From Candidatus Dormiibacterota bacterium (lineage in GTDB: Bacteria > Acidobacteriota > Polarisedimenticolia > Gp22-AA2), in assembly GCA_035635555.1 (NCBI GenBank), contig DASQAT010000021.1:23975-87974 (forward strand): a DNA stretch of 64,000 nucleotides, written 5' to 3'. Shown here one piece after another: positions 28,998 through 39,300 of the stretch. Below the pieces are notes generated by a model. It had not been told where the DNA came from, did not search any database, and saw only the letters and a list, made by a program, of their open reading frames with translations. Each line of letters starts with the position of its first letter. Position 1 is the first letter of the stretch. The position numbers were made by a program, and so were the translations under genes.

Positions 28998-31640
28998 ATG
29001 ATGCGGTCGAAGAGTCGAAGTCGGCCTGTCCTGGCACGTCTCGCTCTAACGACGTGCGTCTGTGTAGGGCTCTGCACTTCTCATCCGGGTGCGGCCTGGT
29101 ACCTGAAAGCCGACGTGCGTGTCATCTCGGCCGCCTACCGTGATCTCGACGGAGACCACGACGCCTTCCCGGACACGGGAGAGTCGGGTCGGCTCGTCCT
29201 CACAATCAAGAACTTCGGCCCGACGCTCACCGGAGTCAACCTCTACCTGACGACGGACGATCCGAACGTCGCGTGCATCTCCACCCCCGCCTATGTCCTC
29301 GGAAACCTCGCGGCGAAAGCGGTCAGGACCATCGGCAGCTTCGATCCGACAGTCCCCGGCTTCACGTTCAGGGCGAGCGACACGCTCCATACGATCTCCA
29401 CGGCGACACCGGCCAACGTCACGCTGTATCTGACCGCGACCGCCTCAGGATACGGGACCTCCGATCCTTACCCTATCCGTCTGGCGGCCGACATCGATGC
29501 CGCTCCCGGCCTTCCGTCCGCCTACGTCCTCGGCCCCGACGGGGTCGCGGGGACGGGGGATGACGGCACGGTCCTGGAGTCGTTCGACAGGGATCGTGAC
29601 GGCGACGGGACATTCTCGACGGCCGACACGTTCGGCCTGCTCGATGCGGGCACGGGGGAGATGAGTCATGGCTCCTTCGCGCACGGCGGTGCGGCATCAG
29701 GGACGGACGCTCTGGCGGCCATCGCCTGTGGCGGGTTCAACACCCCCGCCGAGGGAAACCTGGAATGCCGCCTCGACACGGACTATCCCATGGACTGGCA
29801 CTTCCATTGCCCGGCCGGCGCGACCGGATGCCCCAACACCGAGAGCGGCGGCTTCGGCGCCCTCCGCCAGGGTTGCGTCGGAGGCTGCTCGTACAACACG
29901 CCCGCCGACGGACAGAAGGCGCTGTCCCTCCCCAACTCACTGCACATGGGAGCGCACTTCGATCCCAACGTGTCTTCGAACGGCGACACGACCCACCTGA
30001 GAACACTGCAAGCCTTCGTGTCGGCTCCAATCAATCTGGCGATCCCGCCGCGCGACCTCGACGATCTCACGCTGTCGTTCTGGCAGATCGTCGATCTGTT
30101 CGGCCCGATCAACAGCGAGGGGAACATGTGCCTGGACTGCGCCCAGGTCCACATCCAGTCGGACCGCGACCCCGACCCGGCCGTGGACGACTGGGGCCCC
30201 TGGGACACCCTGACGCCGTTCCAGAGCTCCTACGACATGAAATTCAGGGCCTGGAGCGCGTTTGGAGCCGCTTACTGCGATTTCACCCCGGTCGACACCG
30301 GCTCGAATCCTCCCGCGCCTCGCGGAGTGCACGAGACGATGTGCGCCGGCGAACACGCCTGGTCGAAATGCGGCAGTCTCCAAGCAGTCACCACGGGGCC
30401 GAGCGACAACTGCTACGGAGGAGTCCTCGACCCCTCCGGACGCGGCACCTGGGTCCAGACCAAGTTCAACCTCGCGCCCTTCCTCGGCCGCAGGATACGG
30501 ATCCGCTGGATGGCCAGCACCTGGCAAATGGACGGTGTCACCTCTTCGTACTACGAGTCATTGGGATACCGCGACCTGCCGGACGACAACGGCTGGTGGC
30601 TGGACGACATCCGGATCGCCGGTGCGGTCCAGGGACAGTCGCCGCCCGCGCTGGACGTGCGCCCCTCGCCGGGCTCCGTCTGCCCGGTCGCATGCGATCC
30701 CCAGACCGGCGATCGAGGGACGCACATCGTCCTCAGGGCCACCGACTCTTTGTTGGGGCCGGTCTTCGACGGATTCGACTCCGTTCCGGTCACCGGAACG
30801 ACGGTCGTCATCGATGCGTCCGCCTCGACGCTTCCCGGCGGGTGCCTCGGCGGCCTGCCGCAGTTCCAGTACCTGGTGGATGGCGGGCTGGTGCAGGACT
30901 GGACCGCTCAGCCTTTCCTTTCCCATCAGACGACCTATAGCAGCACCTTCGTGGTCACGGTCCGGATGCGTTGCAGCTCCGATCCGGATTGCACGAGCCT
31001 GTCGGGCGCGACTCTCGCCGTCCCGGTCGACACGCTGGACGGTGACGATACGGTATTCGGGGAATCGATCAATCCTCTGAATCTCGCGCACGGAGTCGAC
31101 TATGACGGCGGAGCGCGCGCAACGACGTTGCGCTTCTGGACCTCGCGGAACGGCTCCGTCGACGTGTATCGCGGCCTCATCGGGCCGGGGATCAGTAAGG
31201 GAACGCTCCTGGGGCCTCCGTCCGATCCGAATTACCGCTGGTTGGTGGACACGTCCGGAGCGGCCGGCTCGTCCGCCACGTGTCTCTTCAGCAATCTTCC
31301 GGTCGGTCCCGCCGCGGGCGGGGGCGGCGCCGGGGCGACGGGATCGATGGACCAGGCCAGTGATCCGGATCCCGCCGTGGGGTTCGCCGTGTACTACCTC
31401 GCGTCGCGAAACACGGCGGCCGGCTCGAGCCTCAATCAGCTGGGCTGCGCCAATCCGGGCGTGTGCGGGTCGACGACCACTCGCACGGGGGCCGCGTGCC
31501 ATACGAGCGCGGATTGCCCACCGTCCGGCTACTGTTTTCTGACCGTCCCTGCGAATCCTCCGCCGGTCCCTCTTCCTTTTGCTTGCCCGCTCGGTTACCC
31601 GCTCGTCCGCGAGGTTCCCCCGGCCGCGGTCTGCCCGTGA
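28998..31640 (+). CDS. large secreted multidomain protein (about 880 aa): N-terminal CARDB-like beta-sandwich, Cys-rich central region, jelly-roll-like segment ending GWWLDDIRI, C-terminal FN3-like shared module
   Basis: Signal peptide (LARLALTTCVCVGLCTSHPGAAW). The first domain (GESGRLVLTIKNFGPTLTGVNLYLTTDDPNV) is CARDB-like. The C-terminal region reads VDVYRG...C...DPDPAVGFAVYYLASRNTAAGSS...C. No catalytic motif was recognised. Confidence 0.6.
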   Translation: MMRSKSRSRPVLARLALTTCVCVGLCTSHPGAAWYLKADVRVISAAYRDLDGDHDAFPDTGESGRLVLTIKNFGPTLTGVNLYLTTDDPNVACISTPAYVLGNLAAKAVRTIGSFDPTVPGFTFRASDTLHTISTATPANVTLYLTATASGYGTSDPYPIRLAADIDAAPGLPSAYVLGPDGVAGTGDDGTVLESFDRDRDGDGTFSTADTFGLLDAGTGEMSHGSFAHGGAASGTDALAAIACGGFNTPAEGNLECRLDTDYPMDWHFHCPAGATGCPNTESGGFGALRQGCVGGCSYNTPADGQKALSLPNSLHMGAHFDPNVSSNGDTTHLRTLQAFVSAPINLAIPPRDLDDLTLSFWQIVDLFGPINSEGNMCLDCAQVHIQSDRDPDPAVDDWGPWDTLTPFQSSYDMKFRAWSAFGAAYCDFTPVDTGSNPPAPRGVHETMCAGEHAWSKCGSLQAVTTGPSDNCYGGVLDPSGRGTWVQTKFNLAPFLGRRIRIRWMASTWQMDGVTSSYYESLGYRDLPDDNGWWLDDIRIAGAVQGQSPPALDVRPSPGSVCPVACDPQTGDRGTHIVLRATDSLLGPVFDGFDSVPVTGTTVVIDASASTLPGGCLGGLPQFQYLVDGGLVQDWTAQPFLSHQTTYSSTFVVTVRMRCSSDPDCTSLSGATLAVPVDTLDGDDTVFGESINPLNLAHGVDYDGGARATTLRFWTSRNGSVDVYRGLIGPGISKGTLLGPPSDPNYRWLVDTSGAAGSSATCLFSNLPVGPAAGGGGAGATGSMDQASDPDPAVGFAVYYLASRNTAAGSSLNQLGCANPGVCGSTTTRTGAACHTSADCPPSGYCFLTVPANPPPVPLPFACPLGYPLVREVPPAAVCP

Positions 31641-31725
31641 CCAGAGGGCATGATCCCCGGTTGACCGTAAGCACCCGGGGCGGTATATACGGTGCATCGA
31701 CGACGGCCGGAAGCGAGGGCGCCCG

Positions 31726-33114
31726 ATGGACCGCGTTCGGGAACGATCTCGTGGACTGTGGGCGATCGCAACCGTCCTGTCGTTTCTCGCCTGGGCCGAG
31801 GCCCGGGCCTCGGTCAACATCCAGAGCTTCTCGCTCGCGCCCGCGTCGCCTGACACCGGCGACCCGCTCGTCCTGACGGCGGTCATCCAGTCGACGTCCT
31901 CCTGCGACTTCATCGACGCCCGCATCGGCATCGGGGCGCAGGCCGAGCTCGGCGGGCGGACGGGCTGGGGCATCGACGTCGAGTTCCGGGATGGTGTCCT
32001 CCCGGTCGTCAGCACGTGTCCGATCGAGAAGAGCCTGGGCACGCTGCCTCTGGCTGTGGGCGAAGGTGTCCTGAGGGCCCGCAACGACGGGATCGTGAAC
32101 GACGTCGCCCTCTTCACCCTGGCGGTCGCACCGGGACCCGCACCGGGGTGGGACGGCCCGGCCCTGCACGGAGGATTGCCCCTCCAGGTCGTCAGCGCGG
32201 CGGCGACATCCCTGCCGGGACGCCTGGCGGTGTCCGATCTCCTGGCCCTCCGGATCCTGGTCCTCGACCCGGAGACCGGGGATCTCCTGTCGTCGTTCCG
32301 CTCGCCGGGTTCGGGCGACGTGCGCGGTCTGGCCTGGGACGGGAGCAGTCTCTACGCGTCGGTACGCGATTCGTTCGGCCCGCGGATCTACAGGCTCGAT
32401 CTTCTGGGGAGAATCCTGGATTCGTTCCCGAGCCCCTCCATCACCCCAGGCAACGCGCCGCTCGAAGGGCTGGGGTTCCAGGGCGGCGTGCTCTACGGTT
32501 CGTACGAGAGTCCGCCCACGCTCTTCGCGATCAACCCGTCCACGCACGCGACCCTCTGGAACCGTCCGCTGCGGGACAAGATCCTGGCGCTCGACGCCGC
32601 GCCGGAGGGTCTCCTGGGAGCCACCCCGACGGGGTCCTTCTACTTCATCCAGCCGGATCCCGCGGGTCAGGACATCCTGCTCGCCGACGCGGCGGACACG
32701 GGGATCACCACGGTCCCGCAGATCACCGGGCTGGCCTACGACGGCAGCGGCCTCTTCGCGTGGGACGCGGCGACCTACACGATGATGTCGATGCGGACGT
32801 TCGCGCTGTGGTGGGCGAGGGACGGGACGCTGCAGGCCTACGTGCCCGCTCCGGACCAGGCCGTGGACGTCATCCGGGGGGATCTCGACGATACGCAGCA
32901 GCTGTCGAACTTCCTCGACCTGGCGTTCTTCGCGCCCCCCGTCTGCCTCGCCTCCCGCAGCCCCGGCGGCGTCGTGGCCGATCCCGACAACCCGCCGGCG
33001 GGCCACGTCTTTTTCTATCTCTCGCGCTTCATCGACGCGGCGGGACACAAGAGCTTCTACGGCAGGACCTCGGACGGCTTCCGCCGGATCGACGGCAGCG
33101 ACGCCTGTCCGTGA
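31726..33114 (+). CDS. secreted protein with beta-propeller-like core and C-terminal FN3-like shared module
   Basis: It has a signal/TM segment (LWAIATVLSFLAWAEARA) and propeller-like repeats (LAWDGSSLYASV..., LAYDGSGLFAWD...). The C-terminus reads VDVIRGD...C...PAGHVFFYLSRFIDAAGHKSFYG...C. Confidence 0.6.
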   Translation: MDRVRERSRGLWAIATVLSFLAWAEARASVNIQSFSLAPASPDTGDPLVLTAVIQSTSSCDFIDARIGIGAQAELGGRTGWGIDVEFRDGVLPVVSTCPIEKSLGTLPLAVGEGVLRARNDGIVNDVALFTLAVAPGPAPGWDGPALHGGLPLQVVSAAATSLPGRLAVSDLLALRILVLDPETGDLLSSFRSPGSGDVRGLAWDGSSLYASVRDSFGPRIYRLDLLGRILDSFPSPSITPGNAPLEGLGFQGGVLYGSYESPPTLFAINPSTHATLWNRPLRDKILALDAAPEGLLGATPTGSFYFIQPDPAGQDILLADAADTGITTVPQITGLAYDGSGLFAWDAATYTMMSMRTFALWWARDGTLQAYVPAPDQAVDVIRGDLDDTQQLSNFLDLAFFAPPVCLASRSPGGVVADPDNPPAGHVFFYLSRFIDAAGHKSFYGRTSDGFRRIDGSDACP

Positions 33115-33117
33115 CGG

Positions 33118-34521
33118 CTACTCCAGCCCCAGCTCGCGCAGTCTCTTGAGGAACGTCGGGTAGGAGATGCCGAGCGCTTCGGCGGCCGCCATGCGCCGGC
33201 CCTGGCAGAACTGGAGCACGCGCGCCACGTAGGCGCGCTCGACTGTCTCCAGGGTCGGGGGAGAATCGTCCGGGCCGGGGCCCAGGCGGAAGAAGGCGCC
33301 GTCCGCCGCGACCGGCGGCGCCGACGCCCCGGTCTCGGGCAGGATGAGATCGCGCGGCGTCACCTCGGGTCCGCGCGCCAGGATGACGGCGCGCTCGATG
33401 ATGTTGCGCAGCTCGCGCACGTTGCCGGGGTAGTCGTACGCGACCAGGGCCGCCAGCCCCTCCTCCGTGAGACCGGTGAGGCGCTTCTTGACGCGGCCGG
33501 TGAAGAAACGGACGAACGTCAGCGCGAGGTCCGGGATGTCCTCGCGCCGCGCCGACAGCGGCGGGATGGTGAGCCAGAAGACCGCCAGGCGATGGTACAG
33601 ATCCTCGCGGAACCGGCCCGCCGCGACCGCCTGCTTCACGTCCTGGTTGGTGGCCGCCACGACGCGCAGCTCGACGGCGATCTCGCGCTCTCCGCCGAGG
33701 CGCCGGAAACGCATGGTGTCGAGAACCTTCAGCAGCTTCGCCTGCGATCGCTGCGGCAGCTCGGTGATCTCGTCCAGGAAGAGCGTTCCGCCTGCCGCCA
33801 GCTCGAAGAGACCGCGCCGCATCGTGCGGGCGTCGGTGAACGCCCCCTTCTCGTGGCCGAACAGCTCGCTCTCCACCAGGTCGTCGGGCAGGGCGGCGCA
33901 GTTGACCTCCAGAAAGGGGGCGTTCGGGTCGCTGCCCGACCAGGTGAGGGCGTGCAGGAGCTCCGCCGCGCGCTGCTTGCCGACCCCCGAGGGACCGTAC
34001 ATGAAGACGGGGGTGAGCGGGCTGACGGCGACGCTGCGCAGGCGCTCGACCACCTCGCGCATCGCGGGACTCTTCGGCTCGACCATCGCCGGACCCTCGG
34101 CGCTGCTCCGGGCGATCGCCAGACGGTCCTTCAGACCGCGGGTCTCGAGGACCTTGCGCAGCTTGACGACCAGGTCGGTGAGCTGCACCGGCTTCGTGAG
34201 ATAGTCGGAGGCGCCCGCCTTCAGCGCTTCGACGGCGTTCTCGACGTCGCCGTAGGCGGTCACCACGATGACGACCGGGGCGGAGGACGGATCGCCGCGC
34301 CCCGAGGAGTCGTCGCGGAGCCTCTTGAGGAAGTCGATCCCGTCGCCGTCGGGCATCCGGCGGTCGAGGATCAGGACGTCCGGGGCGGCGCGCTCGAACT
34401 CGGCGCGGGCCTTCTTGAGGCTCTCCGCGGTCCTGACCTCGAACCCTTCGGCCGTCAGGGCCTCCTCCGCCAGGACGCGGAAGACCGCCTCGTCGTCCAC
34501 CACCAGGATGCTGGCGTTCAT
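33118..34521 (-). CDS. sigma-54-dependent two-component response regulator (NtrC/ZraR-like: REC + AAA+ sigma-54 activator + Fis-type HTH)
   Basis: MNASILVVDDEAVFRVLAEEAL... is the REC domain, with D54-like PDVLILDRRMPDGDG. The AAA+ region carries the Walker A motif GPSGVGKQ, ESELFGHEKGAFTDA (the GAFTGA sigma-54 contact) and RxEDL; the C-terminus has an HTH. There is a GGAGGAG RBS. Confidence 0.9.
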   Translation of the reverse strand: MNASILVVDDEAVFRVLAEEALTAEGFEVRTAESLKKARAEFERAAPDVLILDRRMPDGDGIDFLKRLRDDSSGRGDPSSAPVVIVVTAYGDVENAVEALKAGASDYLTKPVQLTDLVVKLRKVLETRGLKDRLAIARSSAEGPAMVEPKSPAMREVVERLRSVAVSPLTPVFMYGPSGVGKQRAAELLHALTWSGSDPNAPFLEVNCAALPDDLVESELFGHEKGAFTDARTMRRGLFELAAGGTLFLDEITELPQRSQAKLLKVLDTMRFRRLGGEREIAVELRVVAATNQDVKQAVAAGRFREDLYHRLAVFWLTIPPLSARREDIPDLALTFVRFFTGRVKKRLTGLTEEGLAALVAYDYPGNVRELRNIIERAVILARGPEVTPRDLILPETGASAPPVAADGAFFRLGPGPDDSPPTLETVERAYVARVLQFCQGRRMAAAEALGISYPTFLKRLRELGLE

Positions 34522-34618
34522 GACTCCTCCCGGAAACGTCCGTCTATCGTACCCCCGGAGTGACCGGCCTGCGAGGTGAGAGGCGCCCGGCACGCGTCGC
34601 GGCGGCGCTCCCGCACGG

Positions 34619-36301
34619 TCACGCGGAAAGCGGCAGGGTCAGGACGAACGTCGCGCCCGCGGCCCCGTCCTGCAGCGCCAGCTCTCCGCCGTGGGCGCGC
34701 GCGATGTTGCGCGACAGGGCCAGGCCGATGCCGACGCCGCTCGGCTTGCCTGTGACGAACGGCTCGAACAGACGGGGCCGGACCTGGGGCGACACACCCG
34801 GCCCGTTGTCCAGAACGCGCACCTGCGCCGACGGGCCGCGTCGCTCCACCTCGACGCGCACCCTGGGAGTCGAGGAGTGATCGCCCGACAGAGCCTCCAG
34901 GGCGTTGCCGACCAGGTTGGTGATGACGATGTGCAGAAGCGTCGGGTCGGCCCTGACCTGGACGGGGCCCGCGGGTACCATGACCTCCAGCGCCACGCCG
35001 AGATCCACGGCCCGGCCGCGCAGGAGCTCGGTCACCTTGCGCGACAGATCGGCCAGGTCCAGCGACACCGGGCGGGGCACGACACCCTTGGAGAAGCTGA
35101 GGAGCTCGGTCGTGAAGTTCGACAGCCGCTCCATCTCGGTGCGGAGACCACCGACGGCCTGGCGGTGACGGGTCTCGAGGGCGAGCCGATCCCCCTGGAG
35201 GATCAGGTCCAGCCCGACCCGCAGGCCATTGAGCGAGTTCTTCACTTCGTGGGCGATGAGATTCACCGCCTCCCCCAGCATGCGCAGGCGCTGGCCTCGC
35301 AGGGCCACCTCCTCCGACTTCTCGAAGAGGCGGAACGAGCGGCGCAACAGGAAGACCAGGAACAGAACCGGGGCGAGCGCCAGGACGAGCCCCAGGGAGA
35401 GGCGTGTCGCCAGGCGGGCGCGCGCCGGGCCGAAGAAGAGATTCGCGTCGCTCAGCGTCAGGAGGAGAAACTCGGTCCCCTGCACCGGGCTGCCGGCGAT
35501 CATGGTGCGGGCGGGGGGCCGTGTCGTCCCGGGCGAGTCGTCCGGCAGCGTCAGGAGCGCCTCGGTGATGAACGGATCGTCGGGGTGGCTCTCGACGATC
35601 GACTTCCAGTCGGCTCCCGAGGAGAAGGAGGGGGGCTTGGGCGGGTAGATCACCAGGCCGGAGCGCGTCGCCAGGACGTTCATGCTGTGCGTCCCGGGAT
35701 GGAACTCGGTCCCCAGCGCCCCTTCGGGAGCCAGGTCGATGGCGCCCAGAAGGACCCCCTGAAACTGTCCGCCGCGCAGGATCGGGGACACCATGTAAAG
35801 CACCGAGTCGCGCTCGCGCTCGGGCATCACCGGGGCGATGAGGACGTTCCGGGTGCGCAGGACCGCCTGGAACCAGGGCTCCGACGCGAGCGACACGCCC
35901 GCGGGCAGGAAACTCTGCGGCTCGGCCCAGATCGCCGCCCCGTCCGAGCCGATGACCGCCACGCCGACGTTGAAGAAGGCGCTCTTTTCGTGCGTGAGTC
36001 TGAGGAGGCTGCGCTCGGGCTCCGAGTTGCGGTCGAGCAGGTTCACCTCCGAGCGCAGGCCGAGACGCGACAGCTCCGCGGCCAGGAGGTGCAGGTGGCG
36101 GCCGAGGTAATAGGCGTGCACCTGGGTCTCGAGCAGGAGCGTCTCGCGGGCGACCTCCTGCTGATAGGCGAGGTCGGTGGCGAGCGCCGCCACCAGGAGC
36201 GCGACGGCGACGACCGCCGTGCCGAGGTAGATCAGAAGGACGGCGCGCGCGAAGCGGGAGTGGACGGCCGAGAGGTCCTGCCCCTCCCCGCCGGGGCTCA
36301 C
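34619..36301 (-). CDS. sensor histidine kinase with periplasmic sensing domain (ZraS-like)
   Basis: It has two TM segments flanking a periplasmic domain of about 250 aa, an H-box (LIAHEVKNSLNGL) and HATPase motifs (NLVGNALEA, LDNGPGV, GKPSGVGIGLALS). The GTG start overlaps the czcA stop. Confidence 0.8.
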   Translation of the reverse strand: MSPGGEGQDLSAVHSRFARAVLLIYLGTAVVAVALLVAALATDLAYQQEVARETLLLETQVHAYYLGRHLHLLAAELSRLGLRSEVNLLDRNSEPERSLLRLTHEKSAFFNVGVAVIGSDGAAIWAEPQSFLPAGVSLASEPWFQAVLRTRNVLIAPVMPERERDSVLYMVSPILRGGQFQGVLLGAIDLAPEGALGTEFHPGTHSMNVLATRSGLVIYPPKPPSFSSGADWKSIVESHPDDPFITEALLTLPDDSPGTTRPPARTMIAGSPVQGTEFLLLTLSDANLFFGPARARLATRLSLGLVLALAPVLFLVFLLRRSFRLFEKSEEVALRGQRLRMLGEAVNLIAHEVKNSLNGLRVGLDLILQGDRLALETRHRQAVGGLRTEMERLSNFTTELLSFSKGVVPRPVSLDLADLSRKVTELLRGRAVDLGVALEVMVPAGPVQVRADPTLLHIVITNLVGNALEALSGDHSSTPRVRVEVERRGPSAQVRVLDNGPGVSPQVRPRLFEPFVTGKPSGVGIGLALSRNIARAHGGELALQDGAAGATFVLTLPLSA

Positions 36302-39300
36302 GGCAGGAGCGGGGACAGCGCCGGGGCGCGACCCAGGAGACGCTCCTTCAGACGGGTCGCCCAGTAGTACGTAACGGGCAGGATCACCAGGGTCAGCACG
36401 GCCGACGATAGAGTACCACCGACCACGACCACCGCGATGGGGCGCTGCGTCTCGCTGCCGATGGCGTGCGACAGGGCCGCCGGCAGAAGACCGAGCGACG
36501 CCAGGAGCGCCGTCATCAGGACGGCCCGCAGCCGGTCGCGCGTTCCCGCGACCACCGCCTCATAGAAGTTCTCGCCGCGCTCCACGCGCGCCTTGATCGA
36601 GGCGACCACGAGGACACCGTTCAAGACCGCCTGCCCGAGGAGCGCGATGAAGCCGACGGCGGCGCTCACCGACAGAGGCATGCGCGCGGCCGCCAGTCCC
36701 AGGACACCGCCGATGAGGGCGAGCGGCACGTTCAGCATGATGAGGGCGCAGTCCCACACCGAGCCGAAGGCCGAGAACAGCAGGAGGAAGGTCAGGAGAA
36801 GCGACAGCGGGATGACCAGCTGCAGCCGGGCCATGGCGCGCTCCTGGTTCTCGAACTCCCCGCCCCAGGTGATCTCGTATCCCGCCGGGAGGGCCTGGCC
36901 CGAGGCGACGCGGGCGCGCGCCTCCTGCACGAACGACCCCATGTCGCGGTCCCGCACGTTCATGCGGATGCCGACGTAGCGCCGTCCGTTCTCGCGGGTG
37001 ATGGCGGCGCGGCCGGTGCCCATGCGCACGTCGGCGACGGCGGTGAGCGGCACCAGGGCGCCGTTCTTCAGCGGCAGCATGAGAGTGCGGATCGAGCCGA
37101 TGTCCTCGCGCGTCGCCGAGGGGAGCCGCACCGTGACGTCGAAGCGCTTCTCGCCCTCCCACAGCTCCGACGCGATGTGACCGCCCATCGCGGTCTCGAC
37201 GTAGTCCTGCACGTCCGCCAGGTCGAGGTCGTAGCGCGCCAGGGCCTGTCGGTCGAGCGTCACGGCGATCTGCGGCATCTCGCCCGCCTTGACGATGCCG
37301 AGATCGGCGACACCCGGCACCTTCGCGATCGCGTCCTCCGCCTTCAGCGCGGCGTCCTGCAGGACGTCCAGATCGTCCCCGTAGATCTTGACGGCGATCT
37401 GACCGAACTGGCCCGAGATGTTTTCGTTCACGTTGTCCCTGATCGGCTGCGAGAAGTTGTACTCCGTTCCCGGGACTTCCCGGATGTTCCGCTCCATCTC
37501 GGCGATGAGATCGTCGAGGCCGTGCACCGACGAGCGCCACTCCGGCATCGGCTTGAGCTTGACGAAGATCTCCAGGTTGTTCGACAGCGTGGGGTCGGTG
37601 CCGTCCTCCGGACGACCGAGCTGGCTCAGGAGCTCCGTGACCTCGGGCGTGCGCCGGAGCCGCTCTTTCAGGAGCGGCACGAGCCTGCGGCCGGCGGTGA
37701 GCGACATGTTGCCCGGCAGCGTGAGGGTGACGTACAGCGCCCCCTCGTTCAGCTCGGGGAGGAACTCGGAGCCGAGACGCGGCAGGAGCGTCAGGGCCGA
37801 GAGGAACGCTCCGGCGGCGAGCGTCAGGACGATCTCCGGACGCAGCATGGAGAAGCGGATGGCCGGGTCGTAGGCCCGCCGGGCCCACGAGAGCAGGGGC
37901 GAGTCGGGCACCGGCCTCGAGCGTCGCAGCGACATGTGGGCCAGGACCGGGACGAGCGTGAAGCTGACGAGCAGGGCGCCCAGGAGGGCGCTGACCACGG
38001 TGTTGGCCATCGGCCGGAAGATGCGTCCCTCCACGCGCTGCAGCGAGAAGATCGGCAGGTAGGCGGCGATGATGATCAGAAGCGAGAACAGGGTCGGCCG
38101 CGCCACCTCGCGCGCCGCCTTCAGGATGCGATCGGACAGACGCTCGGCCTCGTTCCCCGGATGGACGTCGTCGCGCAGGTCCTCGCCGTGCACCCGGTGG
38201 AACAGGTGCTCGACGAGGATGACCGCGCCGTCCACGATGATCCCGAAGTCGACCGCACCCATCGACAGGAGGTTCGCCGACATCCCCCGGACGTAGAGAT
38301 AGAGGAACGACGAGAACAGCGACAGCGGGATGACCGCGGCGACGATGAGGGAGGCCTTCACCGAGAGCATGAACAGGAACAGGACGAGCACGACCAGGAA
38401 CGCCCCTTCGGCGAGGTTGTGGAACACCGTGTGCAGGGTCGTGTCGACCAGCTCGGTCCGGTCGTAGAACGGCTGGATGCGGATGCCCTGCGGCAGGACG
38501 CGATCGTTGATGTCCGCGATCCGTTCGCGCAGCCCCTTCAGGACGACCGAAGGGTTCTCGCCGCGGCGCATGAGGACGATCCCCTCGACCGCGTCCTCGT
38601 CCTCGTTGCGCGTCACGATCCCCTGGCGGGGGGCGTACCCGATCGTCACCCGGCCGACGTTCTTGACGGTCACGGGCACGCCCCCCTTCGAGCCGACACG
38701 CACTTCCTCCACGTCCTTCAAGTCCTTGAAGATGCCGAGGCTGCGGATCACGAACATCTCGCTGCCGCGCTCGACGTAGCCGCCCGAGGCGTTGTCGCTC
38801 GCCTTCTTGAGCGCCTCGAAGATGTCGGACAGGCCGACCTCCAGGGCGGCCATGCGCACGGGGTCCGGCTCGACGTGGATCTCGCGCAGCAGGCCGCCGT
38901 AGGACACCACGTCGGCCACGCCGGGGACCCGCAGCAGCTGCGGTCTCACCACCCAGTCCTGCTGCGTGCGCAGCGACATCGGGTCGGCCCCCTTCCCCTG
39001 CAGCGTGTAGCGGTACACCTCGCCGATCGGCGTCGCGAGGGGGCCGAGGGAGGGCTGGACTCCTTCCGGAAGCTCGGCCTGGCCCATGCGTTCGAGGACC
39101 TGCTGGCGCGCCAGGTAGGGTTCGACGCCGTCCTCGAAGGTCAGGGTCACGAACGACAGCCCGAAGAGAGAGATGCTGCGCAGCCGGAACAGGCCCGGCG
39201 TGCCGTTCAGCGCGCGCTCGAGCGGGATCGAGACGCGCCTCTCGACCTCCTCCGTGGGCTGGCCGGAGAACAGCGTGATGACCTGCACCTGGGTGTCGGT

